A stretch of 64,000 nucleotides of DNA, from positions 864,001 to 928,000 of the forward strand of contig CAWIIP010000002.1 of the NCBI GenBank assembly GCA_963836235.1. The letters run 5' to 3'. A program made the translations under genes and the position numbers. The notes beneath the pieces were generated by a model, which was not told where the DNA came from, did not search any database, and worked only from the letters and a program-made list of their open reading frames with translations. Of this stretch, positions 38,629 to 47,812 are shown piece after piece; the first letter of the stretch is position 1; every line of letters starts with the position of its first letter. Origin of the DNA: an uncultured Pseudomonadota bacterium (GTDB taxonomy: Bacteria; Oederibacteriota; Muellerivitia; Muellerivitales; Muellerivitaceae).

Positions 38629-40923
38629 TTAAGGAGTTGCTGTCGGAGTAGCGGTAGCCGTATCCGTCGGCGTATCCGTTGGCGTACTGGTGGGTGTTGA
38701 GGTGTAGTTATAGTTGGTCGGCGGAACGGTACCCGTCCAACCCGCGCTTCCATTCGCGCAAACCACCAGCGGACCGGAATCCAAGCCCAAACTGGCCGTG
38801 GGTTTTGAGGCGCTATAGGTCGGTATATTCCCATCCACCACCCAATCGGCTGGGTTCACGACCGCCGACAAGCTCGATTCGCAGGTGTTCAAGACCGCGT
38901 TATCGTTGCCTTGGGCCGCTAGGCTTTCAAGGCTGTTGCTGTTCCAGGCGCTGGAAAGGTCCGTCGTTGTCGTGGAGTCCAAACCCGTCGGAAGATTTGA
39001 ATCGTAGAAGGTAACCGGCACGGTTCCGTTAGGAAGCCAGCTATCGGGCCCGAAGATCAAGCCCGCCACATATTGGGTAACGCCGGCGCTGACCGTGAAG
39101 GCCAGGATCTTATGGCCTAACCCATTATGGTTAAGCGTCAGGTTGCCGGACGCGGTCCCACCCTGCAACAGGTTGGGGTCATTGGCGACTTTGGAGATGA
39201 CGACCGGGACGTAACTGCCCAGGCCCGTCGCCGAGGCCGTGTAGGAAACGACGCTCTCGACGATCGTGACCGAGTCGGCGCCGACGGTGACATTATTGCT
39301 GAACAAAGCCCCGCTGGTGGCGTTATAGCCCTCATTGGTGAAATAAACCACTTGGCTCGCGGGCAAGCCGTTGGGCGCGACGAAACTGAACTCACTGCTC
39401 CCATTCTGGACAAAGCCCGTGAAGGCGATGGAACCCGGGGTCAAATTGGGTAAGGGAGTACTGGTAACGGTCACCGTAGGACTGTTGGTAAGCGTGGCGG
39501 TGATGGTAGAAGTGGCTGTTTGGGTGGGCGTACCGGTCGGAGTGCTGGTGATGGCGGGAGTATTCGTGATGGTATCCGTGATGGTATCCGTCGCCGTGTC
39601 CGTTGGCGTGTTGGTGGGTGTGGCTGTGGAAGCCCCCCAGATATTGCTGGCGACGACCGTGACTCCGTGGGACAGCAAGGCGCCCGCTTTATTACTCGTC
39701 ACGTCGGCGGTTTGGGGAGCCGTCGGCCCGATGACCACATAAGGGTCACCCGCCTGGATGGCCTGGAACGGCTCGTTCGATAACCCCGTCGCCGGGTTGG
39801 GGTCCAGGTAGAGCAAAACATAAACCGATGAGCTTGAATTCAAGTCCTTCAGGCACGAAACGTTCATATTGCCCGTCGTGAAAGACCCCCAATCGTTCGC
39901 CGGGGTCTGGTTGGAGGGCCCGGTCCCATAAACCTGCGGGTCGTTCATGAAAACCTGCGCCCAGAAGTAATAAGATGTCCCACTGATGGTGACGGCGTCA
40001 CTCCCGGACAAAGTTAAAAGGGCTCCCCCTGATGTCAAGGAGGCTTGGGGTTTACCCGAGAACCCCACGTCGCTATAAGTGTCGCTTAAGGTGACCGCGA
40101 CACTGGCCCCGCCGGAGGGAACAATAACCGCCGTCGCGAGGTTGCCGCCGGCGTCCGTCCATGCGTAGTTGACCGCGCCGTTGTAGTTGTTGTTGACGAC
40201 GCCGTTGTACATGCCGGAGGGCGCCCCTACGACGGGGTTATTTTTCGGAATGGGGAAGGCTTGCCCGGCCCCGGTGATGTTCGCGTCCGCGCCGACGTAA
40301 TAAGTCCCGGTGGGCAGGGAGAGGGTGACCGAAGCGGGGGCGGGGGGAAGGGTCGACCAAGCGGTGCCCGGCTGGACAACCGTCAGCGGGGCGGATACGA
40401 AGGTTTGATCGGTGGAGACCTCAACGCCATAGACGCTGGTTCCGGTCACCCCCTGGGCGCCGGTGTAGCTCACCGTAATGACGAGGCCTGTATTGCCGGT
40501 CGGGGTAGGCGTCGCGGTGGAAGTGCTGGTCCTGGTATTGGTGGGTGAATAGGTCGGCGAGCTGGTGGGCGTTTGCGTCGGGGAACTCGTTGGGGTGTTC
40601 GTGGTGGCGGAAGTGGATGTTCCTGTCACCGTATTCGAAACGGTGAAAGTGGGGGAAAGAGAAGGCGTGGAACTAGGCGTTTGGGTTGGGGAAGAAGTAG
40701 AGGTGGCGATTCCCGTGCGGGTCGCGGTCGCGGAAGCGGTAGAGGTCGGCGTGGAAGTGGGGGTGCCCGTGGTACCGGAAGCGGGAGTAGGGGTATCCGT
40801 TGAGGATGGCGAGGTGGGGTTGTTCTTCCCCGGACAGCCAAAGCTCAAGAAGGCGAAAACCAAAAGAATACCTAAGAAAGAAACATAGCGGGTCATACTG
40901 AGCTGCTTTTGATTCAAATTCAT
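38629..40923 (-). CDS. Thr/Pro-rich surface lipoprotein with two beta domains
   Basis: Lipobox SFGC; TPT/TST linkers; C-terminal PGSIAFTG..FSFV..LP.SQVVYFTN domain. Confidence 0.85.
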   Translation of the reverse strand: MNLNQKQLSMTRYVSFLGILLVFAFLSFGCPGKNNPTSPSSTDTPTPASGTTGTPTSTPTSTASATATRTGIATSTSSPTQTPSSTPSLSPTFTVSNTVTGTSTSATTNTPTSSPTQTPTSSPTYSPTNTRTSTSTATPTPTGNTGLVITVSYTGAQGVTGTSVYGVEVSTDQTFVSAPLTVVQPGTAWSTLPPAPASVTLSLPTGTYYVGADANITGAGQAFPIPKNNPVVGAPSGMYNGVVNNNYNGAVNYAWTDAGGNLATAVIVPSGGASVAVTLSDTYSDVGFSGKPQASLTSGGALLTLSGSDAVTISGTSYYFWAQVFMNDPQVYGTGPSNQTPANDWGSFTTGNMNVSCLKDLNSSSSVYVLLYLDPNPATGLSNEPFQAIQAGDPYVVIGPTAPQTADVTSNKAGALLSHGVTVVASNIWGASTATPTNTPTDTATDTITDTITNTPAITSTPTGTPTQTATSTITATLTNSPTVTVTSTPLPNLTPGSIAFTGFVQNGSSEFSFVAPNGLPASQVVYFTNEGYNATSGALFSNNVTVGADSVTIVESVVSYTASATGLGSYVPVVISKVANDPNLLQGGTASGNLTLNHNGLGHKILAFTVSAGVTQYVAGLIFGPDSWLPNGTVPVTFYDSNLPTGLDSTTTTDLSSAWNSNSLESLAAQGNDNAVLNTCESSLSAVVNPADWVVDGNIPTYSASKPTASLGLDSGPLVVCANGSAGWTGTVPPTNYNYTSTPTSTPTDTPTDTATATPTATP

Positions 40924-40966
40924 CTCGAACTCCTTCGTCTTGAACTTTTTAATTGCCGTATGGGAA

Positions 40967-40986
40967 TCCCCGGCTAATGCCGGGGA
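40967..40986. terminator. Intergenic hairpin (terminator or mRNA-stabilising stem)
   Basis: TCCCCGGC-TAAT-GCCGGGGA. Confidence 0.45.
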
Positions 40987-41068
40987 CCCCCACTACGGTT
41001 CATACTCAACCAAGGTCATTCACATCCAATATGGGAACTCCAAACCCGCGACAAACCAAAGACGAATT

Positions 41069-42142
41069 TCAAGGTAAAGCACCCGTATAACCCCCGCTCC
41101 CCGAGGAGCAGGCGCCAGTGGGGGCCGGGCCCACCGGGTTCAAGTCAACGGCGGTCTTCGATTGGTCCCCATCCGCCACCCAATTCAATGGGTTTACGAT
41201 TCCTGCCAGGGTGTTTTGGCAACTGTCTAAAATGGCGTTGTCATTTTGCAGGCCAACGTCCTCATCCGCGTTCAAACTGTCGTTGGCCCAGAGGCCTGAG
41301 AGGTCGATGGAAGTCGTGGCGTCCAACCCGGGAGGCAGGTAGGAATCCCACCATTCCGTCACGGACCCGCTGCTGGTCCAGCTGTCGGGCCCGAAGATGA
41401 TTCCGGCCAGGAAGGTCGTGACGGGACCCGAAACCGCGAAGGCGATCACCTTATGGCCGTTTCCATTGTGGTTGAACACCAGGTAAGTGTTGCCCGAGGC
41501 GCCTGCCACGTTGGCGGCCGTTCCCTGGGCGACCGTACCGGTCTTTCCAAAGACAATTTGGCTATAGGCAGGGAGCCCTCCAGCGGGTGCCGTGTAGGAA
41601 ACGGTGCCTTCGATGATCGTCAATCCATTCCCGGTCTCAGTGGCGCAGCAACTGTAGCTTTCGTCCACCCAGGGCGCGATCGGGCTGCTGCTGTTGGTTG
41701 GGTCGTAGGAATAATTGGTGAAATAAACCACCTGGCTGCCAGGCAGGGCAACCGTATTGACGAAACTGACCTGGCTGTTTCCGTTATAAAGAAGCCCAGT
41801 AAAGGCGATGGAGCCGGGCCCCAAACCCGAGGGCGGCGTGGCCGTGACTGTCGCGGTGGGCGTGTTGGTGGGCGTGGAGGTCGCCGTCGACGTCGGGATC
41901 ATCGACTCGGTCGCGGCCACCGTCTGGGTCGCGTTCGGCGTGTTCGTGATCGTTGGGGTCGAGGTGGGGGTTTGCGTGATCGTGGATGTCTTAGTGACGG
42001 TCGGGGTATTGGTGGAAAGCGGCGGCGCGGTCGGGATTCTTTGCGGGCTGCAGGAAACCAACAGGACTCCCGTCGTCAGGGCGGCTGAAACCATCCCTAA
42101 TAGGCTCCATCCCATCGGCGTGAGTGATTTGATCAGTTTCAT
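41069..42142 (-). CDS. Thr-rich lipoprotein, paralog of the C-terminal domain of 38629..40923
   Basis: Lipobox LVSC; shared PGSIAFTG, SQVVYFTN, NHNG.GHK, AG.IFGPDSW, DS.LP.GLD, NDNA motifs. Confidence 0.85.
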   Translation of the reverse strand: MKLIKSLTPMGWSLLGMVSAALTTGVLLVSCSPQRIPTAPPLSTNTPTVTKTSTITQTPTSTPTITNTPNATQTVAATESMIPTSTATSTPTNTPTATVTATPPSGLGPGSIAFTGLLYNGNSQVSFVNTVALPGSQVVYFTNYSYDPTNSSSPIAPWVDESYSCCATETGNGLTIIEGTVSYTAPAGGLPAYSQIVFGKTGTVAQGTAANVAGASGNTYLVFNHNGNGHKVIAFAVSGPVTTFLAGIIFGPDSWTSSGSVTEWWDSYLPPGLDATTSIDLSGLWANDSLNADEDVGLQNDNAILDSCQNTLAGIVNPLNWVADGDQSKTAVDLNPVGPAPTGACSSGSGGYTGALP

Positions 42143-42225
42143 TCCGGCCTCCTTAAATTCGGTTAACTTCTTCCCTGATTTTGTCCCTTTATCCCAGCCT
42201 TAGGCTTTCTCAACAGGACTGGTTT

Positions 42226-43851
42226 TTAAAGCGTAAGCGCCGCGCGGGCGACGACGATGTTTTCCGGAAGCACCGTTTCATTGCCGCCTGAAAAATTCGT
42301 TGTCTCGAAATCGCACATCCACTTGAAATTGCCGTCAAACCACCAGTTCACGCCCACCCCGAAGGCCGTCGCCACTTGGGCTCCCGTCCCCAGGGATACC
42401 TTGGGCGCGTAGGGGAACCCCACCGTGAAGGATTGGATGTCCATGAAATTCGTGTCCGTGCGGGCGACTAACTCCAGGGCGCCCCAGTGGCCCTTGGAAG
42501 GATCGAAGGGATTGTCCACCTCGGCGCCTTCAAACCCCGCCTTGCCTCCGATAACCCATTGGACTTCAGTCAGCCAGCCGGTATTAGCCAATTGGACCGG
42601 CACCCCCTTCGCCCCCTGGGCCACCGTCTGGATGGATTGGATCCACTCCCCTAAAAATCCCAAAGACCCGTTGTAGTAGTACCCTTGACCGTCCAAGTGG
42701 TAAAAAGACCCCTCGGGAACGACACCGTTGTAGGTCATAAAAGCATTTCCGCCGACCGAGGTTTCAAGTTTCGCCCAGATCGTTGTGTCCTCGCTGGTTT
42801 CGTTGTCCACTGCGCCTCCACCCCCGAAGCCCAGGCCCTCAAGCCCTTCGTCCCCCGACTTTTCCCAAGGCGTGAAGAAGACCCGTCCCGTGAGGGACTT
42901 CATGTCCCCCGTGGGTTTGCCGGGACCCGTGGCGGAAGATTCGTTATCCTGCTGGCCATTTGCGATTTCCAACACGTAATCGAAGAAGTGGTTCACTTCT
43001 CCATGGAACTCGGCCCCGATGTCTTTGTTGACGGCCAAGTTGGCGACCATGGAGGGTTCAACGAAGGGAAGGTCGGCGCTGGGCTGGAGCCCTTCCAGGC
43101 TTAAGGGGTTCGACATTTTTCCAGCTTGGAACACAAGGGCTTTGTCGAACTTGACGTAGGCATAGGCGTGGTAAACCCCGATACTGACCTCGGTGGATTT
43201 GTCGCTCTCGATGCCGATGGCCGCCCCAACCAATTTGCCGAAGGTTCCCCGGAAATCCAAATGGGCTTTGCGGGCGATAAAGCCGTTGGGAGTACTACCA
43301 TTGATATATTGGTACTGGGTCACTCCCTGGTTCACGGTAGCGTTTTGGAAATTCAGGTCCAGATCCGTCCAGTCATAGCCGCCGATCCGGAACTCCGTGT
43401 CCCCCCCGGGATTTGTGAAGGACAAGTAACGGCTTTCCGAGTACATGTATTCGTTGCCTTCCACGAAGGGAATGGACAAATCATGGACTCCCCGGGTGCC
43501 GGTAACGCCGGCGGCATTCGCATCGGTCTCCCCCATGGGCCCGAAAGCCGGACCCTGGGAAGTCGCCACCGGGGTAGCGGTTGTGGGTGTGGGAGAAGCC
43601 TGCGCTTTTATCTCCAAGGCGTTCAAGCGTTCTTCCAATTTCTGGTTCTCGGCTTCCAGGGAATCCAGTTTTTCCTTCACGCTTAATTTCTTCGGGGCCG
43701 CCGGCGCGGCCTGATCCTCCATGGTTTGCGGTCTGGCCGGTGACGGCGTGGGAACGGGCGTCGCGGCGTCTTGGGCGTAGGAAAGGTTCAATCCCGACAA
43801 AGCCAAAAGCAGTAGGGCCGGCAACAGTCCGAAAGTTTTTTGGAGTTTCAC
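42226..43851 (-). CDS. Phosphate-selective porin OprO/OprP-like
   Basis: Signal peptide, coiled coil, then barrel with G...P.SLE.L.....LPFVE and F.P..GHWGALELVAR motifs; GTG start. Confidence 0.82.
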   Translation of the reverse strand: MKLQKTFGLLPALLLLALSGLNLSYAQDAATPVPTPSPARPQTMEDQAAPAAPKKLSVKEKLDSLEAENQKLEERLNALEIKAQASPTPTTATPVATSQGPAFGPMGETDANAAGVTGTRGVHDLSIPFVEGNEYMYSESRYLSFTNPGGDTEFRIGGYDWTDLDLNFQNATVNQGVTQYQYINGSTPNGFIARKAHLDFRGTFGKLVGAAIGIESDKSTEVSIGVYHAYAYVKFDKALVFQAGKMSNPLSLEGLQPSADLPFVEPSMVANLAVNKDIGAEFHGEVNHFFDYVLEIANGQQDNESSATGPGKPTGDMKSLTGRVFFTPWEKSGDEGLEGLGFGGGGAVDNETSEDTTIWAKLETSVGGNAFMTYNGVVPEGSFYHLDGQGYYYNGSLGFLGEWIQSIQTVAQGAKGVPVQLANTGWLTEVQWVIGGKAGFEGAEVDNPFDPSKGHWGALELVARTDTNFMDIQSFTVGFPYAPKVSLGTGAQVATAFGVGVNWWFDGNFKWMCDFETTNFSGGNETVLPENIVVARAALTL

Positions 43852-43967
43852 TTTTTCCCCTTTGGTCGAAAAGAATTTCACAGAAGGCGTTGTTAAGGAG
43901 GTCTGCGATTAACATCTTAAAAGTTGCGGGATTATTGTCGGAGTTGGTTTCGGCAAAAAAAATAATT

Positions 43968-43984
43968 TGTTAAATAACGGTAAA
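43968..43984 (-). promoter_or_regulatory. Putative Pho-box-like direct repeat upstream of porin operon
   Basis: Minus strand TTTACC-N5-TTAACA (11-bp period). Confidence 0.4.
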
Positions 43985-44317
43985 AGGAAAAAACGGAAAG
44001 TGGTTTCTACGGTTTTGAAAAATCATTCGAATTCGAAATGATGAAATGAAAATTTCAATTTAAGGATTTGTTTCGAAACGGTTAAAAGGAATGATTTTTA
44101 CTGCTGAAATAAAAATAAAAATTTTATCTTCGGGGAATCAAATTTCATCTCGATACACGGGAAAAGGCGGAAGAGCGGATCTTAACTAAAAAAATAAAAC
44201 CAGCTCCCTTTCGGCGGAGGCAGGGTTTTATTGGCAACCCTCCACGAAGACATTTAGGACCTATTGTTTGAAAGAAGGGCAAGTCATTTTATCTATTGAA
44301 TTCTAAATAAGGAAAAA

Positions 44318-44342
44318 TGGCTGGGGCGGTGAATGTCGAACC
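44318..44342 (-). other. Degenerate tRNA 3'-end fragment (older att scar)
   Basis: Minus strand GGTTCGACATTCACCGCCCCAGCCA; shares ACCGCCCCAGCCA with 44481-44503. Confidence 0.65.
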
Positions 44343-44441
44343 GCTTCGCTTACAGGGAAGAACCCCTGTATACCCTTTTGAACACCATGGGGACCAACTG
44401 TTCCCCATACCCCTCAGGTTCGAATCCCTTCCATCTCAAAT

Positions 44442-44481
44442 AATAAAACCCAGCCCCCCAAAAGGGAGGCTGGGTTTTATT
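44442..44481 (-). terminator. Terminator hairpin directly after the tRNA 3' fragment
   Basis: AATAAAACCCAGCC/GGCTGGGTTTTATT perfect 14-bp stem. Confidence 0.8.
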
Positions 44482-44503
44482 GGCTGGGGCGGTAGGATTC
44501 GAA
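44481..44503 (-). other. tRNA-Gln-like 3'-end duplication, probable att site at the island boundary
   Basis: Minus strand TTCGAATCCTACCGCCCCAGCCA = T-loop, acceptor strand and CCA; 5' half of the tRNA absent. Confidence 0.8.
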
Positions 44504-44676
44504 GAGACCAACTGTGTTACCCGCCTGCTACGTGAAAGGCTTGAATTCATGCGGTTATTAGAACGAATCCAACATCGAATCTTGTTAAGCAACCCAAAGA
44601 AATTATAACGGGATTCCACTCGTTGTCACTGGTTGAGATGCCGAGAAGGTAGTTAAAAGGTAGACAGGAGGAAATA

Positions 44677-45360
44677 GTGAAAGATCAAAATACCATCGAT
44701 AAATTTATCGCCTTAAGAGCCGATGGGTGGAGTTACGACAAGATCAGCCAGGAACTAAAGGTAAGCAAGCAAACGTTGATAAATTGGGGCCGAAAATATC
44801 GCCACGACATATTCAATCTTATTCAGATCAAGAAAGAGGCAATGAAAGATGAATACGGTGTACTCGAACACAGGCGAATCGAGATTCTGGGGAAACCCCT
44901 CAAAAAGATTCAAACCGAGATCGAGAAAAGGGACTTTAGTGAATTGCCACTCGATAAGGCAGTTGGCTTATTGATACAACTAACTGAAAAACTTAAGGAA
45001 GAGGAAGGCAAAGAGATCGCTTTTTATTACCCACCTGATCCTCCTGCCCCAAAACCAGAAGGCAGTCGAATAACCGAGAACTCAATTCCCGATTGGGCCC
45101 AGTCATTACCAATTTTGCAACCGGGTTTAATATTCCCTCAATGCTGTATGACCGACGAGGAATTGGTCGCTTTTCACCAAAAAGTCTTAGCAAAAAGGCC
45201 CTGGGAAATTGAACAAGAACAAGAGGAGCGCAAAGCCTGGAGTGAAGAAGTGCTTCGAGATCACCAAAATCAGACCGATTCCATACCAAATCTTGACCAA
45301 ACTCTTATTCCTGCCACATCAGAATCGAAACCGTTAAAACGACTTGAAGGGCCCCTGTGA
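44677..45360 (+). CDS. Helix-turn-helix domain protein
   Basis: FIALRADGWSYDKISQELKVSKQTLINW HTH; AGGAGG RBS, GTG start. Confidence 0.75.
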   Translation: MKDQNTIDKFIALRADGWSYDKISQELKVSKQTLINWGRKYRHDIFNLIQIKKEAMKDEYGVLEHRRIEILGKPLKKIQTEIEKRDFSELPLDKAVGLLIQLTEKLKEEEGKEIAFYYPPDPPAPKPEGSRITENSIPDWAQSLPILQPGLIFPQCCMTDEELVAFHQKVLAKRPWEIEQEQEERKAWSEEVLRDHQNQTDSIPNLDQTLIPATSESKPLKRLEGPL

Positions 45361-45530
45361 ATCCAAGGCATTCTTTCAATTACCCTAGCCCCTTCTCAGC
45401 TTCAGGCCCCAACACCGCCAATATTCGTGATTTGTAAGCGCCGTTCCAATAGTGTGACGGTGGGCGGTCCAAAAGTGTGACACCCCCCTCCTTCCATACG
45501 CCTTACGGTGTATGGTTTTGGTTCACCCTA

Positions 45531-46304
45531 TTAATCCTTCTTGTCTTTATGCTTTAGCCGTTTTTTTGCTTCCCCCAATCTGAAGCTTTGGCCGTTGGCC
45601 TCTAGAATATGCACCCGATGGGTCAAACGGTCAATAAGAGCCCCGGTCATCCTTTCCGATCCCATGATTTCCACCCAATTTTCAAAGGGAAGATTAGTCG
45701 TTACCATCAGGCTGGTACGTTCATAGGCTTTGCTGACCACTTCAAATAGCAGTTCGGCTCCCGCCTTGGTGAAGGGGACATAACCGAGTTCGTCTAGGAC
45801 GATCAGGTTGTACTTCGCCAATTGCCGGTTGAACCTTGCCAATTGTTTTTCCTCGCGGCGCTCCAAAAGTTCTGTCACAAGGCCGGTGACGGAGAAGAAT
45901 CGCACCGCCCGGCCTTGGGTACAGGCTTGGAAGGCCAAAGCCGTGGCTAAATGGGTTTTACCTGTCCCTGAATTGCCGATTAACAGGACGTTTTCTTTTT
46001 TGTCGATGTACTCGCCCCGCATGAGTTCCCGCGTCAATTCCTGATTGATCGAAGGCTGGGCCTTGAAATCGAACGTGTCCAAGGTTTTGAGCACGGGAAA
46101 CCCGGCATCACGAATGCGCCTTTCCTTGGCCCGGCGCTCACGGTCCAGAAGCTCCAACTCGACAAGCTTGAGAAGGTACTGCGGGTAGTCACTGCGCTCG
46201 GTGCGGCAGAGTTGGGCCATCTTGTCGTACTCGCGATACATCGTCGGCAGTTTGAGTTTCTTGAGGTGATGCTCTAGCAAGAGGGTCTTTTTGGATTCGC
46301 TCAT
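45531..46304 (-). CDS. istB: IS21 helper ATPase IstB
   Basis: GNSGTGKTHLA, LIVLDELGY, TTNLPF..W, DRLTH. Confidence 0.97.
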   Translation of the reverse strand: MSESKKTLLLEHHLKKLKLPTMYREYDKMAQLCRTERSDYPQYLLKLVELELLDRERRAKERRIRDAGFPVLKTLDTFDFKAQPSINQELTRELMRGEYIDKKENVLLIGNSGTGKTHLATALAFQACTQGRAVRFFSVTGLVTELLERREEKQLARFNRQLAKYNLIVLDELGYVPFTKAGAELLFEVVSKAYERTSLMVTTNLPFENWVEIMGSERMTGALIDRLTHRVHILEANGQSFRLGEAKKRLKHKDKKD

Positions 46305-47812
46305 GCTTCACCTCCGACCGCTAACAGTTCGCGATAGGCCGAAATGTCCTGTCGGGCCACATGGACCCGCCTTAAGTGATCACGACCATCCAAGCTGAAA
46401 GTAGTCAGTCTGAAATCCTCCCTGGGGAAGAGGAGTTGAGCGACGGCGTCGCGGGTGTAAATTTCCATCCCTGCGGCTTTCTTCACCGCACGGGCGAGCC
46501 GCGAGAACGAATACTTCTCCAACAGCCGAAGTGTCTTGATGAATTCCCGCGTCCCCTCGCCGTGAAACTTTTCTTTGCCTTTCATGCGACGGTGCAGGAG
46601 GGTAAAACTCTCCGGCAGATTCCAGTCTTCCAGAGGTCGGGCATGATCGAATGCGCCAGGTTTTCCCTCCAAAATCGCCAAATAATGCACCGGATTGAAG
46701 GTCGCGCCTTCCTTGCCCCAAAGGCGGACGTGGGTCGCGATGAGTTTTTCTTTGTAGAAAATATCTACCCGATCAATGTATCCCTTGACCACCACCGGAT
46801 GATGTGCCCATTGTGATGGCACGGAATAATCGTTGGTGTCGAAGCGCACCAGAGACTGCGATGATGCCGTGGTGGACTGTTTAATACAGGCGTCAAAATC
46901 GGCGGCTGGTAACGGCCTGAAATGGGCCTTATCCTCGTCTAGGAGCTGCGCCTTGGTGAATCCTTTACCGCGCAATTTGCGTTCTAACTCCTCGCTACAG
47001 TTCACCTCCAACTTTTTGTTCAGTTCCTCCAAGATTCTCACCTGTGGAACCGGCACCATGAAATTCGATCGGGAGTATTTCACGATTCCTTCCACCACAC
47101 CCTTTTCATTACCCCTGCGTACGGTGCAGAAGTGGTAGTCAAAGAGATAGTGGCTTACCAACTGCTGGAAACCTCGTGTCAACTCTCGTCGGTGTACCCC
47201 AATAAACTTTTTCACGAGGGTTTTAGCGTTGTCGTAGCTGATCCGTGAAGGCACTCCACCAAAGTATTTAAAAGCTCTGATGTGGCCTTCCCACACGAAC
47301 TCGGTGCTCTCTCGCTCAAACATCTGCACGTAGAAAGCATCTGAATAGGGCAGGGCCATCACGAAATACGGGCGTTTCACCAACACGCCGTTGAGCTTGA
47401 CCAAGGCGTGTCCAAAGTCTACCTGTGCCTCACCAGGCCGATGTATCAGCGGAATGAATACCTCGCTGTTCCTCTGCTTGAGTCCCCGGACAGCTTTTTT
47501 TACCTGGGTATAGCCGCCGGTGTAGCCATCCTCGGCGCACAGGCGCTCGAAGATACGCTTGGCGGTATGGTGCTGTTTCTTGTGGATGTGCTTGTCGTCT
47601 TCTAGGATTTGCTTGATGCGGTCCAGAAACGGCCCAATCTTCGGCTGTTTCCGATCACCGTTTGTCCGGTAGCCCGGAGGCTCACTATGGGCGAGTATTT
47701 TCTTGAGGGTTTCCCAGTGAATACCCTCTTCTTCCATCACCTGGCGTTTGGAAACCCCTTCTACCAGGATTTTCTTGCGAATTTCGATCCATTGGTCCAT
47801 ATCGTTGTACAC
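46301..47812 (-). CDS. istA: IS21 transposase IstA
   Basis: AQVDFG, FGGVP..I.YDN, EKGVVE, VRFDTNDYSVP. Confidence 0.97.
   Translation of the reverse strand: MYNDMDQWIEIRKKILVEGVSKRQVMEEEGIHWETLKKILAHSEPPGYRTNGDRKQPKIGPFLDRIKQILEDDKHIHKKQHHTAKRIFERLCAEDGYTGGYTQVKKAVRGLKQRNSEVFIPLIHRPGEAQVDFGHALVKLNGVLVKRPYFVMALPYSDAFYVQMFERESTEFVWEGHIRAFKYFGGVPSRISYDNAKTLVKKFIGVHRRELTRGFQQLVSHYLFDYHFCTVRRGNEKGVVEGIVKYSRSNFMVPVPQVRILEELNKKLEVNCSEELERKLRGKGFTKAQLLDEDKAHFRPLPAADFDACIKQSTTASSQSLVRFDTNDYSVPSQWAHHPVVVKGYIDRVDIFYKEKLIATHVRLWGKEGATFNPVHYLAILEGKPGAFDHARPLEDWNLPESFTLLHRRMKGKEKFHGEGTREFIKTLRLLEKYSFSRLARAVKKAAGMEIYTRDAVAQLLFPREDFRLTTFSLDGRDHLRRVHVARQDISAYRELLAVGGEA

Noticed and set aside
44343-44440. Complete tRNA on the plus strand (contains GGTTCGAATCCC)
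   Set aside because: No acceptor stem, D-arm or anticodon arm in the right spacing could be folded; treated as tRNA-derived structure only
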